From the NCBI GenBank assembly GCA_034530875.2, contig JAVRCJ020000032.1:20778-84777 (forward strand): a stretch of 64,000 nucleotides of DNA, in the 5' to 3' direction. Source of the stretch: Nostoc sp. DedSLP01 (GTDB lineage: Bacteria > Cyanobacteriota > Cyanobacteriia > Cyanobacteriales > Nostocaceae). This document shows positions 22,185 to 33,554 of the stretch, piece after piece (within the stretch, counting starts at the first letter, position 1; each line of letters starts with the position of its first letter). The notes under the pieces are model-generated. The model had not been told where the DNA came from. It ran no database searches and saw nothing but the letters and a program-made list of their open reading frames with translations. A program made the position numbers and the translations under genes.

Positions 22185-22677
22185 GGGAGCGATAAGGGCT
22201 AAAAGCTATTGAACAAAATGAAATGAACACTAGGAGTCTAATGGCCGGGGTAAGAAACTAAATAGTAAAACAGGCTTAATGTTAACTGAATTCGCTAATT
22301 AGCTAAACTACACAAATTGAGATAGAAACAGGTAGGATGTTAGCTGAGACAGCAAAAACAGGGGTTTCTCTAGAGAGAGCTAATTTGTAATTAAAGCTTG
22401 TAAATATTTTAAAGCTATAGTCCCAAAACAGTAGGGGTCTTTAGTAGATGCAAAAAAACCTCCTTGGGGGGGACTTACTGGAGATTTGAGTAAGTTTCAT
22501 ACAGCAAAAACCGTAGGAGACAAGGAAGGAAGGAAATAATCAGCAGTGGCAAACTAACTCGCTGATGAACTTCTTGTGTATTCCAAAGCCAGTCTATCCT
22601 ACCGTTAGCTTTTGTTATAACCGTAGAAATTCCAGAAAACTTTTCTCTTTAGTGTGGGGAGTGGTAACTGGGGACTG

Positions 22678-22763
22678 ATACGATTTCACTTTAGAAATGA
22701 TACGCACAGGGAGCAGAGGAAGCAGAGGAAGTGATTTGTATCAGTAATTTTGTCAATTGGTAT
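22678..22763. mobile_element. MITE-like element
   Basis: Imperfect inverted ends ATACGATTTCAC...TGATAC / GTATCA...CAATTGGTAT around GCAGAGGAA repeats. Confidence 0.45.
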
Positions 22764-22853
22764 GAGAGATAAGGAAACAAGAAGACAAGGGGAAAACTTG
22801 CAATAAATCTTTCTCCTTGTCCTCTTGCCTTTTTCACATCCCCAATTACCGTA

Positions 22854-24614
22854 CTAGAAAGTCAGACTGGTACGAAGTACGCCTATAACTGCTGTGTCAT
22901 TGGCGCTCAATCCTTCGGGGTTGAATAGCCAAAATACGCCAGGGGTAATGCTGATATTGTCATTAACCCTGTAGTTAAAGAAAGTTTCTAAATGATAAGG
23001 CGTCGTGTCTTCAGGACGAACGGCAATTCCCCCGGTAGACTGTCGGTAAAGCGGCTGTCCGAAAATCACTGCGGCTGCGTTTCCTTTACCGAAGATGTCT
23101 TTGACATGCAACCCGGCTGACCAGCTACTAAACGTTGTAGAAGCATCTACATTTGACAAATTGGCGAAAAGCAAAGCACCCGATACTGAGAAAGATGTTT
23201 GAGGAGTAAATCGCCAGGTTGCTGTTGCACCAACAGAATCGACTTTAATTGGCTCATTAAGAATTGCTAATGTAGGGTCGCCGCCTACTTGTCCTAGCTG
23301 TGCTGCGTTGGGAGCAAACCGAATCGAAGCAATATCTGCGCCACTTAAGCCTGTACCCAAAATGTTGATTTCGTGGTAACTATGTGCGTAGTTAATGCCA
23401 ATATCAAGGTTTGAAACTGGTTTCAGGGTAAGTTGTGCCGCGATCGCTCCTGTGCCGTTAAAAAAACCTCCTCCCAAAGGTGTATTCAAAAGACCGAGGT
23501 TTTGTGGTAAAGATGATGAGCCACTACCATAAATAACTCCAAGCCCTACTTGTTTTGAAGGATTCCACAAAAAACCCGCACCTGCCAGTAAACCGCTACC
23601 AGAAGTACCGCCGGTAATTCGTACAGCAGCATTGTAGCCTGCAAATCGAGAAATTGCTCCTTGGCTTTCGCTGGCGTAAGGAGCGATCGCAGGAAACACA
23701 TCTGTAATCTCTGCATTTGTGGCGGCAAAGACGGCAAATTGCTGGGAGAATGGGAAGACATACGCTAGTTTGTAAAGACTAACGGAATTGGCTCCAGCAT
23801 CAGGTTGCAATGTCTGAGCGCTAAAACCAGGAAATTGCGGCTCAAAGCTTAATTTAGTGGAACCTGCGCCCAACAAACTGGAATTTGGCAATAATTGTCC
23901 TTGAATTGTTCCCCGACTATAAAATGAATCGGTTGCTCTAAAGTTGTAAGCTTGGAGTCCAACAATTAATAAGTCGCTACCATTAAAACTACTGGTGAGA
24001 TTTAGCCGGACACGATTATTAAAAACAACATTGGCATCTTCACTATTTGGTTCTCCACCTGTGGCTGCTGCTAAAGATAAAATCGCTTCACCATTGAGTT
24101 TAGTAGTAGTAGAAAATTGTTGTTTTTCTAGGATAGCTGTGCGACCTTCTAAGGCATCTACACGGCCGCGTAATGTTGCTAGTTCAGCTACAAATTCTTC
24201 TTGGAGTTTTTGGAGAGTTTCTAAGTCTTGTTTACTCACAAACTCACTCGTACTGGAAGCAATTCTTTCGTTGATTCTGTCTAAGCAAGCATTCAATCCC
24301 GCAGCAAATTCGTAACGAGTTAATGCACGATTTCCTCTGTATGTACTGTCAGGATAGCCAGCAATGCAACCATAACGTTCCACTACAGATTGTAATGCTT
24401 GAAAAGCCCAGTCCGTTGGTCTAACATCAGATAATTGAGATACAGAGTTGACCTGAGGAATCGTATCGCTATTTGGGGATTGGTTATTAATGCTAGAATT
24501 AGGCTGTGTCTCAGGAGGGTTAGCAACTGTAGGATATGCTCCCAGCGAAACTGAACCTGTAACTAAGAACAAAAAACTGATTTTTCCAATATCTCTTAAT
24601 TGCTCGTGATTCAC
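22854..24614 (-). CDS. Cyanobacterial outer-membrane porin (SLH + OprB; 'iron uptake porin' family)
   Basis: Signal peptide, SVSQLSDVRPTDWAFQAL..RYGCIAGYPD, coiled coil, QFSTTTKLNGE, C-terminal GVLRTSLTF. Confidence 0.93.
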   Translation of the reverse strand: MNHEQLRDIGKISFLFLVTGSVSLGAYPTVANPPETQPNSSINNQSPNSDTIPQVNSVSQLSDVRPTDWAFQALQSVVERYGCIAGYPDSTYRGNRALTRYEFAAGLNACLDRINERIASSTSEFVSKQDLETLQKLQEEFVAELATLRGRVDALEGRTAILEKQQFSTTTKLNGEAILSLAAATGGEPNSEDANVVFNNRVRLNLTSSFNGSDLLIVGLQAYNFRATDSFYSRGTIQGQLLPNSSLLGAGSTKLSFEPQFPGFSAQTLQPDAGANSVSLYKLAYVFPFSQQFAVFAATNAEITDVFPAIAPYASESQGAISRFAGYNAAVRITGGTSGSGLLAGAGFLWNPSKQVGLGVIYGSGSSSLPQNLGLLNTPLGGGFFNGTGAIAAQLTLKPVSNLDIGINYAHSYHEINILGTGLSGADIASIRFAPNAAQLGQVGGDPTLAILNEPIKVDSVGATATWRFTPQTSFSVSGALLFANLSNVDASTTFSSWSAGLHVKDIFGKGNAAAVIFGQPLYRQSTGGIAVRPEDTTPYHLETFFNYRVNDNISITPGVFWLFNPEGLSANDTAVIGVLRTSLTF

Positions 24615-25155
24615 TTTTATTCCTCACACACAAATACAATATCTACTGAGTATTTAACTCCCAATAGGCTTTCTCAAATGTTTGAGCCAGTAGAGCGTTG
24701 TATTCATAAATTCAATTTGTTTGCTCTAAAATTGTCTTGGCAATTAATTCCCTACTGATTTGAGAACCCAATACACAAACGGAATGTGTATGAATAAAGT
24801 TTCTGCGTTAAAAGCTTGCCAGTTAAACATATCAATCCCTAGTGTTCAGAATTCCTCTGTACAGGATTGACACAATTAATAGGTAAACTAATACATTGGC
24901 TCATACAAATCTAAGTTGATATAAAGCTATAAAATCAATTCTCAACAATAAACTAGGAATCAGAAAACACCTAACTGCTTGGGGAAAATAATTTCATAAC
25001 TCTATTTATCTACTTAGACGCTATTGGTATGTCGTAGATTTCAGTATTTGTACTTTATCACGGCGGTTTCCGCAAAACCAAAGTTTTTTGGGATTTGCAA
25101 CAGCCGGATAATATTAACTTATAGAGCAGGGGTCAAATATCAGAATAGCTTAGGA

Positions 25156-25446
25156 TTATTCAGCGTTGAGGATTTTTGGTACTTTGAAAAATTCGCCTTC
25201 CTGTTCGGGGGCACTGTTGAGGATGCTTTCACGGTCAGGATAGGGTTGCAGTTCATCTTCTCGCGTTATATTACTAACATCTATTGCCCGTGTTGTGGGA
25301 GGCACATCGCTAACATCAAGTTCGTTGAGTTGTTCAATATAATCGAGGATGCCTCCCAATTGAGTAGTAAATTGTTGTTCTTCTTCTGGACTTAACTCTA
25401 AACGAGCAAGATTAGCTACTTTGTGAACTTGTTCTTGGTCAATCAT
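25156..25446 (-). CDS. gatC: Asp/Glu-tRNA amidotransferase subunit C
   Basis: [10 protein letters not shown]...FFKVPKIL. Confidence 0.97.
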   Translation of the reverse strand: MIDQEQVHKVANLARLELSPEEEQQFTTQLGGILDYIEQLNELDVSDVPPTTRAIDVSNITREDELQPYPDRESILNSAPEQEGEFFKVPKILNAE

Positions 25447-25454
25447 AAATTGTT

Positions 25455-25560
25455 AATTGGGCATGGGGCATGGGGCATTGATTATTAGTCATTTGTCTTT
25501 TGTCATTAGCCATTTGTCTTTTGCAAATCACCAATGACTAATGACTAATGACTAATGACT
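25455..25560. repeat. STRR heptamer tract
   Basis: (TGGGGCA)n, (CATTTGTCTTT), (AATGACT)n. Confidence 0.75.
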
Positions 25561-26080
25561 AGAAGAATACGTCAATTTGCGATCGCCCTGTGGTTTTCAA
25601 CCAGTTTTGGGCTTCAATGTAGTTATTGGGAGCCATGCGAATAGCTCGAATCCAATAGTCTGCGGCTTGGTCAAACAGTGCTTCGCCACCGTCGTTATCT
25701 CCAGCTTCTTTTGCTTTTTCGCCTTGATAGTGATAAATCACGGCGATGTTGTTCAAAGCTTGGGGCATACGTGGGTTGATTTCAATTGCTTGGTGATACA
25801 GTTCTAAAGCCTTGTTGTGGTCGCCGTTGCTGGCATAAATTAGCCCCATATTGTAGAGAATATAGCCGCGATCGTTGGGGTCTTCCTCTAGTGTTAACGC
25901 TTCTTCATAGTATTCCAATGCTTCGGCATATTCTCCTTCTGCTTGGGCTGACATGCCATCTCGGTAATACACAAAAGCTTCTTTAGCTTTTTTGTTGGCT
26001 GGCAGAATCTTGAGAATGATATCTGCCATGACTGTAAAGGATTTGTCAATAAAGTTATCGTTTTTTTGCGTTCTTGGCAT
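25559..26080 (-). CDS. ycf3: Photosystem I assembly protein Ycf3
   Basis: [27 protein letters not shown], three TPRs, [15 protein letters not shown]. Confidence 0.98.
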   Translation of the reverse strand: MPRTQKNDNFIDKSFTVMADIILKILPANKKAKEAFVYYRDGMSAQAEGEYAEALEYYEEALTLEEDPNDRGYILYNMGLIYASNGDHNKALELYHQAIEINPRMPQALNNIAVIYHYQGEKAKEAGDNDGGEALFDQAADYWIRAIRMAPNNYIEAQNWLKTTGRSQIDVFF

Positions 26081-26180
26081 AGTTATCTGTGGTTATTGGG
26101 GATTGGGGACTGGCGATTGGGTGTTAAGAAAACTCTTCTCTAGTCCATAGTATACAGTCCTACTCCCCAGTCCCCAGTCG

Positions 26181-26858
26181 CTAGTCCCTACTAATCGGTA
26201 TGATGCATTCCGGGCTATTATGCCGAGAGTTGTTGACTAAGGTGCTAACTGGATAGGCTTTCATGGCTGGTGCTGGATAGGGGCGCAATAGCTGTTGTAA
26301 GGTTTGGGGCGTTTGCACTTGGGAATCTAGCCATAAATCGTAATCTTGCGACTCTAGAATCACTGGCATCCGTTCGTGGATAGGTTGGAGTAATTCGTTG
26401 GCTGCTGTTGTCAAAATTGTACAAGAAATTATTTCCTCGTTGTCAGGGGAGTGCCATCTCTCCCATAAACCTGCAAAGGCGAAGGGTTGCCCATCTTCAA
26501 GACGAAAATAAAACGGCTGCTTCTTGCCTTGTTGACGTTGCCATTCATAAAAACCATCAGCTAGCACTAAACAGCGTCGATGCTTAAATGCTGACCGAAA
26601 AGCGGGTTTTTCAGCGACAGTTTCCGCCCTAGCGTTGATTAATTTTGCTCCCATTCCTGGATCTTTCGCCCATGAGGGAATTAATCCCCAATGCAACTGC
26701 TGAAATTCACGCTTTTTGCTTTCTGTATTTTGTAATACTGTTGCAACTTTTTGCGTGGGTGCAATATTATATCCGGTTGCTAAATCGGGAATTTGTTGAA
26801 CGTCGAAAATTGTAGCTAAAGTTTCTGCTGACTGGTTTAGAGTAAATCTTCCACACAT
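26181..26858 (-). CDS. SOS response-associated peptidase (SRAP/YedK/HMCES abasic-site protection family)
   Basis: MCGRF with catalytic Cys2, YNIAPTQ, WGLIPSW, INARAET, GFYEW, IHERMPVIL. Confidence 0.95.
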   Translation of the reverse strand: MCGRFTLNQSAETLATIFDVQQIPDLATGYNIAPTQKVATVLQNTESKKREFQQLHWGLIPSWAKDPGMGAKLINARAETVAEKPAFRSAFKHRRCLVLADGFYEWQRQQGKKQPFYFRLEDGQPFAFAGLWERWHSPDNEEIISCTILTTAANELLQPIHERMPVILESQDYDLWLDSQVQTPQTLQQLLRPYPAPAMKAYPVSTLVNNSRHNSPECIIPISRD

Positions 26859-27055
26859 ACTTTTATTTCCGATCGCTGGCTAAATTAAACATCTCAATCT
26901 AGAAATAAATAAAAATTTTTTTATTTTTTCGGAAAATTTTATCTAGGAATTGGAAGTTAAATATAAAAGAAAATATCCGGGTTTGGAAAAATATTTTGGT
27001 AGAATATTCTATTTTGAACCCTTAGCTATCGGTACATTACTTACCCTATTTTAGC

Positions 27056-27685
27056 ATGGAAATACCGCGTTTGTACGATTTTTTACCCTCTGGTAATGGT
27101 TACAAGATACGTCTTTTATTGACACAGCTAGGTATGCCTTTTGAGAGGGTAGAGGTTAATATCTTGAAAGGTGAGACTCGAACGCCAGAATTTTTAAGTA
27201 AAAATCCCAGTGGCAAGATCCCGATTCTAGAAATAGAGCCGGGAAAATACTTAGGAGAATCAAATGCTATATTGGTTTACCTAAGTGAAGGTACAGAATT
27301 TTTACCCTACGATCGCTATTTGCGATCGCAAGTGTTGCAATGGCTATTTTTTGAACAGTCTAGCCATCAACCTTTTATTGCCAGATCGAGATTTTGGATT
27401 TCTATTTTAGGTAAAGCTGAAGAATATAGCGAAGCTTTAAACGAAAACCGCGAACCAGGTTATGCTGCGCTAGAATTGATGGAAAAACACTTAAGCGATT
27501 GTACTTTTTTTGTAGGAGAGCGTTACACTATTGCTGATATTGCCTTGTTCGCTTATACTCATGTCGCTGAAGAAGGTGGTTTTGATTTAACACAATTTCC
27601 TGCTATCCAAGCTTGGATAGCAAAAGTCAAAGCTCAGTCTAGGTATATCAGCATCAACGACATACCAAAAGATATAGAATATTAG
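27056..27685 (+). CDS. Glutathione S-transferase family protein
   Basis: SGNGYK, NPSGKIPIL, ESNAIL.YL, YTIADIALFAYTH. Confidence 0.93.
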   Translation: MEIPRLYDFLPSGNGYKIRLLLTQLGMPFERVEVNILKGETRTPEFLSKNPSGKIPILEIEPGKYLGESNAILVYLSEGTEFLPYDRYLRSQVLQWLFFEQSSHQPFIARSRFWISILGKAEEYSEALNENREPGYAALELMEKHLSDCTFFVGERYTIADIALFAYTHVAEEGGFDLTQFPAIQAWIAKVKAQSRYISINDIPKDIEY

Positions 27686-27750
27686 TAATTCTATTCTACA
27701 AGCGTTTGCCTCTCAATTTCTTCTCGCATTAGCTGATACAAAAAATTACT

Positions 27751-27870
27751 TCAGGACTTCTATTTGATTTTTGAAAAAAAATCAGTACGCTTCAATTGCT
27801 TGATTCTCTGTTCCCTGTTAAGACTTCCCTGCTAAGACAAGTAATTTATACGAATCAATCGGATTGCTAT
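27751..27870 (-). mobile_element. MITE-like dispersed element
   Basis: The reverse complement aligns with the element at 41661-41805 (ATAG.AATCC...GTACTGATTTTTTTCA..AATCAAAT). Confidence 0.55.
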
Positions 27871-27916
27871 TGAATTTTTACTAAGCAGTGGCTTGGTAAA
27901 GAAAAAATACTCAACG

Positions 27917-28144
27917 CTAAATAACCGTGTCAATTTCAATCAGCTTTTGCCGAGAAGACAAACCAGACTTAATTTTGATATCAGATTTAGTTACATCAAA
28001 TTTATCTGCTAAAAGTTTAATTAATTCTTCATTCGCCTTACCATCAACTGGGAGCGATTTTAAATATACTATCAAGCTACCATCAGGCTGTTCTTCTATT
28101 TTTTGCTGTTTAGAGTTAGGTTTAACCTTGACTTTTTTTTGCAT
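27917..28144 (-). CDS. DUF167/YggU family protein
   Basis: VKVKPNSK...[15 protein letters not shown]...GLSSRQKLI. Confidence 0.92.
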   Translation of the reverse strand: MQKKVKVKPNSKQQKIEEQPDGSLIVYLKSLPVDGKANEELIKLLADKFDVTKSDIKIKSGLSSRQKLIEIDTVI

Positions 28145-28416
28145 AACCTATTTTGACTAATTGTTGCAGCCACAACCAACCTAAAATACAAAAATCATTA
28201 AACCACTTATAGCCAGGATAATTGTAATCCTTAAACAAAAAGCCCATCGGTACAACGATGAGCATAGAAAAAACAATATATATTGTTTGCTATTTCGTTC
28301 CAGCGCATTTCTTGAAACTTTAAAGGCTAAGTAAAATTTTAGCCTCCGCACAGTAGTTTGCTAATAATTCGTAATATTAAATTTTAATTACAAATTACGA
28401 ATTACGAATTATTTGA

Positions 28417-28968
28417 TTATGGATATCTCCGACTCCCGGCACCTACCACACCGATTTTGTGGCGATAGGAGAGTTCAGCACCGAACCAGCCAGAAGCGCT
28501 AGTTAAAGTACCAACAATCAGCGAGAGAAGCAATCCCCAAGGTAGTATTCGGGCTTCAGCATCGCCTAAGCGTAGGAGGAAGTTAAATAATGTTAAGACT
28601 AAGATAGAAACATTAAGTATCAAGTGCGCCCAACCAGCAGTACGTTTGCGGACTCGTTCGATTTTGAAAAAGTCACTCAGACCGATCGCAGCTGCAATTA
28701 AACCTCCACCTAACCCCAGTCCGATTAACCATAGCGAAGCCCTAGCCCAGAAGAAATCGCGAGTTAACCAGTAACCGAAATCGCTTCCTAAGGCAGCGGC
28801 TAAGAAGGCGATAGGAAAGATTACGCTTAAAGGATGCAGGGGATGTCCGGCGATCGCAACTGTGCTGGGTACGCCAGTATCCTGATACTCGCTATCGTTA
28901 CTTTCAATAACTGGTGGAATATTTGGAAATGGTGTTGAACTTGTTTGGTTTCTTTCTGTAGTTTCCAT
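28417..28968 (-). CDS. DUF2231 membrane protein
   Basis: GHPLHPLSVIFPIA, WAHLILN, GWFGAELSY; four TMs. Confidence 0.88.
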   Translation of the reverse strand: METTERNQTSSTPFPNIPPVIESNDSEYQDTGVPSTVAIAGHPLHPLSVIFPIAFLAAALGSDFGYWLTRDFFWARASLWLIGLGLGGGLIAAAIGLSDFFKIERVRKRTAGWAHLILNVSILVLTLFNFLLRLGDAEARILPWGLLLSLIVGTLTSASGWFGAELSYRHKIGVVGAGSRRYP

Positions 28969-29134
28969 TATTTAGTATCCTCAGTTTATAAGTGTCTATG
29001 TTGTCAGCACTCAGAAGCCAGGAATCATAATCGAGAATGATTAAAAACAAGCTTGCTATAGTTTGATAATTTGATTCAAACTATTAAACTTAGTTCTTCA
29101 AGTCCTCCTAAATTCTGAATCCTGACTCTATATT

Positions 29135-29875
29135 TTAAGCAGAAGGTATTTCTTCTATATAAGCTTGGGCTTGTAGAGTCAGCTTACCTTCTTCTACTTT
29201 TAGTTGTTTGACTTGCAGGTTTAGCCCCTTTAAATCAAAGTTACTTAAATTCAAGATTTCACTGGTTTGAGCTATCAAAGCTTTTGTCAACTCTGGCGAT
29301 ATTTCCTCACTTTTGCCATACTCAACATTTTCTAGAGAAACGCTTTTTTTATCGGCACCAACCCTGGGTATTGCTAAAAAAGCAACTTGCTGATTTTCGC
29401 CTGTTTCTGCTAATTTGACATTGGCATTTAGTGCAACTTTTCCATCTCCAGGTAGCCGAAAGTCTACATGTTGAGGTTCGATAGTCTTCTCTTGACCGTT
29501 AATGTGTATTTTTTGATTTTGTAATTGCGATCGCACATATTCACTGTTGAAAGCGCGATTGATATCAGCTTCAGTTAAGACAACTCGCGTATCAGCTTCA
29601 GTAGGTTGTGTGAGTTCAATTTTGCCAAAAGCCACGCTCAGAGGATTGATGGCAACACCACTCATCTTCATTTCTAATTCTTCCATACGAAGGTCTTTCT
29701 GCATTACCAAACCTTCGCCTTCAACCTTGACCTTATCTACCTGTCCTTGAACCAATTTCAGTGGATCTGTTTCGATATTTACATCTAAATTTTCTACTTC
29801 ATCTAACTGGCTAGATAATCCTATTTCTGCGGCTTTATTCAGCGCCTGTTCTCCTAATCCAGGATTCTCTGGCAT
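29135..29875 (-). CDS. DUF2993 (LmeA-like) protein
   Basis: LGEQALNKAAEIG, TDPLKLVQGQV, VVLTEADINRAFNS. Confidence 0.8.
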   Translation of the reverse strand: MPENPGLGEQALNKAAEIGLSSQLDEVENLDVNIETDPLKLVQGQVDKVKVEGEGLVMQKDLRMEELEMKMSGVAINPLSVAFGKIELTQPTEADTRVVLTEADINRAFNSEYVRSQLQNQKIHINGQEKTIEPQHVDFRLPGDGKVALNANVKLAETGENQQVAFLAIPRVGADKKSVSLENVEYGKSEEISPELTKALIAQTSEILNLSNFDLKGLNLQVKQLKVEEGKLTLQAQAYIEEIPSA

Positions 29876-30078
29876 TGTTAAATTAACTCCTATTTGAATA
29901 TCATATCCTGGAGTAAATTTAATAAATTGTCATAAAAAATTTATCTATCTGGCGATGTAGTAAAGCTGGAAATGCTGTCTATCTAAAAGTATAACGATGA
30001 GTTTTTGAGATTTTTTTGTGTATCTACCTTTTGAAGCCTTATTACATTACTATAATAAATGTCAAGAATTGATGATAT

Positions 30079-31410
30079 TTGATTCTTTCAGTTAGGAAAT
30101 CAGCTGTGCTACCAAATAACCGTACTCCCACAAATCAAACTCAACGCTGGAAGTTTTTACAACTTTTTGGGCTGATAAGACGTAATCCTCTTTTTATTTC
30201 ACGGTGGGTTTTACGTTGGGTAGTGGTGGGAACTGTTTGTGGTCTATTTGCTGGTTTATACTGGAATGTTCTGGAAGCGATGACTCATCAACTAGCAAAA
30301 TTTGAGGGTGTGAGTCTGCTAATAGTGATGCCCATAGCTGGATTAATTGTTGGCTTGGTAATTCATTTTTTGGGCAATCCTGGGGAAATTGCTGTCATTG
30401 TCGATAACATTCATTTTCGTGGCGGACGTTTGGATGCGCGAAAAAACCCAGCGATGATTCTCGCTTCATTGGTTAGTATCGCTGCTGGGGGTAGTGCAGG
30501 GCCAGAAGCGCCATTAGTACAGGTTACAGGTTCTTTTGGTACGTGGATAGGCGATCGCCTCCATCTTGAAGGCGAAGACCTGAGATCTACGAGTTTAGCA
30601 GCAATGGCAGCCGGCTTTACTGCCTTGTTTGGCGCACCTTTGGGCGGGGCGATGTTTGCCTTAGAAATTCTCCACCATCAGCATATTGTCGAATACTACG
30701 AAGCTTTGATGCCAGCGATCGTTTCTAGCTGCGCTAGTTATTTAGTGTTTGCCTTCATCACCCATTTGGGAATTGCCCCCACCTGGCATTTTCCCCAATA
30801 TAGATTAGAGAACATCGATGATTTTGCTTTGGCTATCTTGTTTGGAATCATCGGCGCTGTTGCAGGTTGGATTTTTATGGCCATTTTTCGCGGCTGTGAC
30901 AGGCTGTGGGCGATGCTTCCCGGCCCCGTATATATACGTACTACATTAGCAGGATTAGGCTTGGGTATTTTAGCAGCCTGCTTACCTTTAACTCGCTATT
31001 TTGGACATGAAGAATTAGAATCAGTACTAACTACTAATTTTCCAGTTGTTTTTCTGTTAATTTTAGCCTTGGGTAAGATGGCAGCGATCGGCATCACAGT
31101 CACTGGTGGGTGGCGTGGTGGTTTCATTATTCCCTTATTTTTTACTGGTGCTTGTATTGGCAAAGCAGTTGCAATTTTAATTCCGGGTTTGCATCCTGCA
31201 CTAGCTATGATTTGTACAATGGCAGCTATCAATGCAGCAGTGACGCGCACACCTATAAGTACAACTTTGTTGTTATCAAAGTTGACTAATTTTAGCCCGT
31301 TGACACCAATCCTGTTTGCTAGCTTGATTGGGTTTTTTCTCGCACCAAAAGTTCCTTTAATAGCTTCTCAACTCAAATCACAGCAATCTCTTGAGGAGAT
31401 ACAAAGTTAA
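30079..31410 (+). CDS. ClC-family chloride channel/transporter; start uncertain
   Basis: GGSAGPEAP with gating Glu, ALFGAPLGG..FALE, GWRGGFIIP; many TMs. Confidence 0.92.
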   Translation: MILSVRKSAVLPNNRTPTNQTQRWKFLQLFGLIRRNPLFISRWVLRWVVVGTVCGLFAGLYWNVLEAMTHQLAKFEGVSLLIVMPIAGLIVGLVIHFLGNPGEIAVIVDNIHFRGGRLDARKNPAMILASLVSIAAGGSAGPEAPLVQVTGSFGTWIGDRLHLEGEDLRSTSLAAMAAGFTALFGAPLGGAMFALEILHHQHIVEYYEALMPAIVSSCASYLVFAFITHLGIAPTWHFPQYRLENIDDFALAILFGIIGAVAGWIFMAIFRGCDRLWAMLPGPVYIRTTLAGLGLGILAACLPLTRYFGHEELESVLTTNFPVVFLLILALGKMAAIGITVTGGWRGGFIIPLFFTGACIGKAVAILIPGLHPALAMICTMAAINAAVTRTPISTTLLLSKLTNFSPLTPILFASLIGFFLAPKVPLIASQLKSQQSLEEIQS

Positions 31411-31508
31411 AATAGTCACTTTCTTTTTTATAAAAAATTAAGGCTGAAAAATGAGTTTTTTAGACTTCATTCTTCACGCCTCTGACAATAATGACGATAT
31501 TTTATTAC

Positions 31509-32525
31509 CTAACGAAACATGCTACTGACTGAAGTATCTTCATGAATTCGCCAGATAGTTTCTCCCAAGAGATTAGCCACTGACAGTACCACTAGTTGAG
31601 GAAAGCGATTTTCTTCTGATATAGGAATGGTGTTTGTGACAATGACTTCCTCAAATAAGCCACTGGATAACCGTTCCATAGCAGGTGGAGAGAACACTGC
31701 ATGAGTTGCACAGGCGTATACTTGACGCGCTCCTTCTTCACGCAGCAGTCGCGCTCCTTCAGCGATCGTACCACCGGTATCGATCATGTCATCCACCAAG
31801 ACTGCGGTTTTGCCTTTGACATCGCCGATCACATTTAAGACTTCTGCAACATTGTGTGCTTGACGACGTTTGTCGATAATTGCTAGTGGAGCATCGTTTA
31901 GTTTTTTGGCAAATGCTCTAGCTCGTGCAACACCACCAACATCTGGAGAAACAACTACAAGGTCGCTCAGTTCTTTGCTTGTCAGATAATCCAATAATAC
32001 TGGCGAACCATAAACATGATCGAAGGGTATATCGAAATAGCCCTGAATTTGAGCCGAGTGCAAATCCATTGCTAGAACGCGGTTGGCACCTGCTTCTGCG
32101 ATCAAGTTAGCAACCAATTTGGCGGTTATTGATTCTCGTCCTGCGGTTTTACGATCGGCTCGGGCGTAGCCATAGTAAGGAATTACAGCCGTCACCTGTC
32201 GCGCAGAAGCTCGACGACAGGCGTCGATCATAATCAATAATTCCATCAAATGATCGTTGACGGGTTGACAGCATGGCTGGATTAAATAGACATCACAACC
32301 CCGAATCGATTCTTGGATTTGAACGTAAAGTTCTCCATCCGCAAATCTTTTGCGGATCATTGGTCCCAAATCCATACCCAGGTAACGAGCGACTTCTTGA
32401 GACAGTTGTAAATTGGCAGAGCCAGAAAACAGCCGCAGGCGATGATTCTCAGTCAGCCTTGCTGCGGATGCTTCCACTTTGAAAGTTGCAGAACTGAGCA
32501 CAGCAGATCCTCGATGTGCATTCAT
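31509..32525 (-). CDS. prs: Ribose-phosphate pyrophosphokinase (PRPP synthetase)
   Basis: FADGE, PYYGYARADRK, MDLHSAQIQGYF, VSPDVGG, VLVDDMIDTGGT. Confidence 0.99.
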   Translation of the reverse strand: MNAHRGSAVLSSATFKVEASAARLTENHRLRLFSGSANLQLSQEVARYLGMDLGPMIRKRFADGELYVQIQESIRGCDVYLIQPCCQPVNDHLMELLIMIDACRRASARQVTAVIPYYGYARADRKTAGRESITAKLVANLIAEAGANRVLAMDLHSAQIQGYFDIPFDHVYGSPVLLDYLTSKELSDLVVVSPDVGGVARARAFAKKLNDAPLAIIDKRRQAHNVAEVLNVIGDVKGKTAVLVDDMIDTGGTIAEGARLLREEGARQVYACATHAVFSPPAMERLSSGLFEEVIVTNTIPISEENRFPQLVVLSVANLLGETIWRIHEDTSVSSMFR

Positions 32526-33452
32526 AGCAATATTATCATTAGAGATTTTATAGATTTAACCAAGAAATAGCCTAAAAAAACATTTGTGAGTTTTGTTGAA
32601 CCTTCCATACAAAATTTAAACATTTTTCCATAAAATTATCATTTGGCGATTATCTAAATTTTCTTGGCTAACAACCTATCTGCGGGGTAACTGGCATTAA
32701 GTCAGTGCATTTGGTCTAAAGTGGAATTTTTCGGTCTTGAGGGTCAATAACTCTCATGTCTTAATGATTGCTTTGGCTGATAGATTGTTCTAACTACCTC
32801 ATTTATAACTGAGAGCAAACCATTTACAACTTAAGTGATATTGAAGTTTGTTTTTAGAGATAAGAAAGTTTTTCGGTAAGTGTTTCAGGGCTATTCGATT
32901 ATATTATATTATACTCGTCAAATTCTCAGAGTTCTTGCGTAATTCTACAATTACTTATTGTTATTATGAATCTCACTCTTTGCACCTGTACTAGTAAAAG
33001 CCGTACAAACAATTCTTGAATTAAATAAATCGTGCAATATTTTCGTTGTTGGCTGATTTTGCTAACTGGTTAAGTACCTGCTTTTACACATCAATCTTTG
33101 ATTACTGCATAAATCAATTATTAATTGCAAGGGTTACTTCAAATCCTTGTAACAATTTTCTCAAGGTATTGCTGCGCGATCGCACTACAACAGCGCTTTT
33201 ACAATTAATTGTGATATCTATCACTTTCGCTGTTAACTTATATCTAGACAGTAAGGCTTCGATGCTTTACAACTGTTTATTTGCTGGGTATAATATTTTC
33301 TTACTAATTGATAGCAGTTTAAACCTATATACTAAAAAAGCTAAAAAAGCTAGGACTCTATTATAAATTTTGCATAAATTTTAAATCAAGATTAGATAAA
33401 AATATTTATTGTTAAACCAAAATATTATTTCACAATGTAATATCAGACGAGG

Positions 33453-33488
33453 AAAGAAGTTTCAGTAATTTTACTGAAACTTCTTTTT
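33453..33488 (+). terminator. Terminator-like hairpin about 70 nt upstream of the phosphoribosyltransferase gene
   Basis: AAAGAAGTTTCAGTAA-tt-TTACTGAAACTTCTTT perfect inverted repeat ending in a T-run. Confidence 0.5.
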
Positions 33489-33554
33489 AGTTTAAACTTG
33501 GCAAAGTTTTGAAATCTGAGCTTTTGCCCTACAAACAGACTAGAGGCATAACTT

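Noticed and set aside
24925..24952. Fur/Zur box upstream of the porin (TTGAGAATTGATTTTA on the minus strand)
   Set aside because: Only one half-site matches in AT-rich DNA; not supportable without a motif scan.
33046..33366. 106-aa ORF in the prs-ubiA intergenic region
   Set aside because: TTG start, AT-rich, no recognisable motif; likely a chance ORF.
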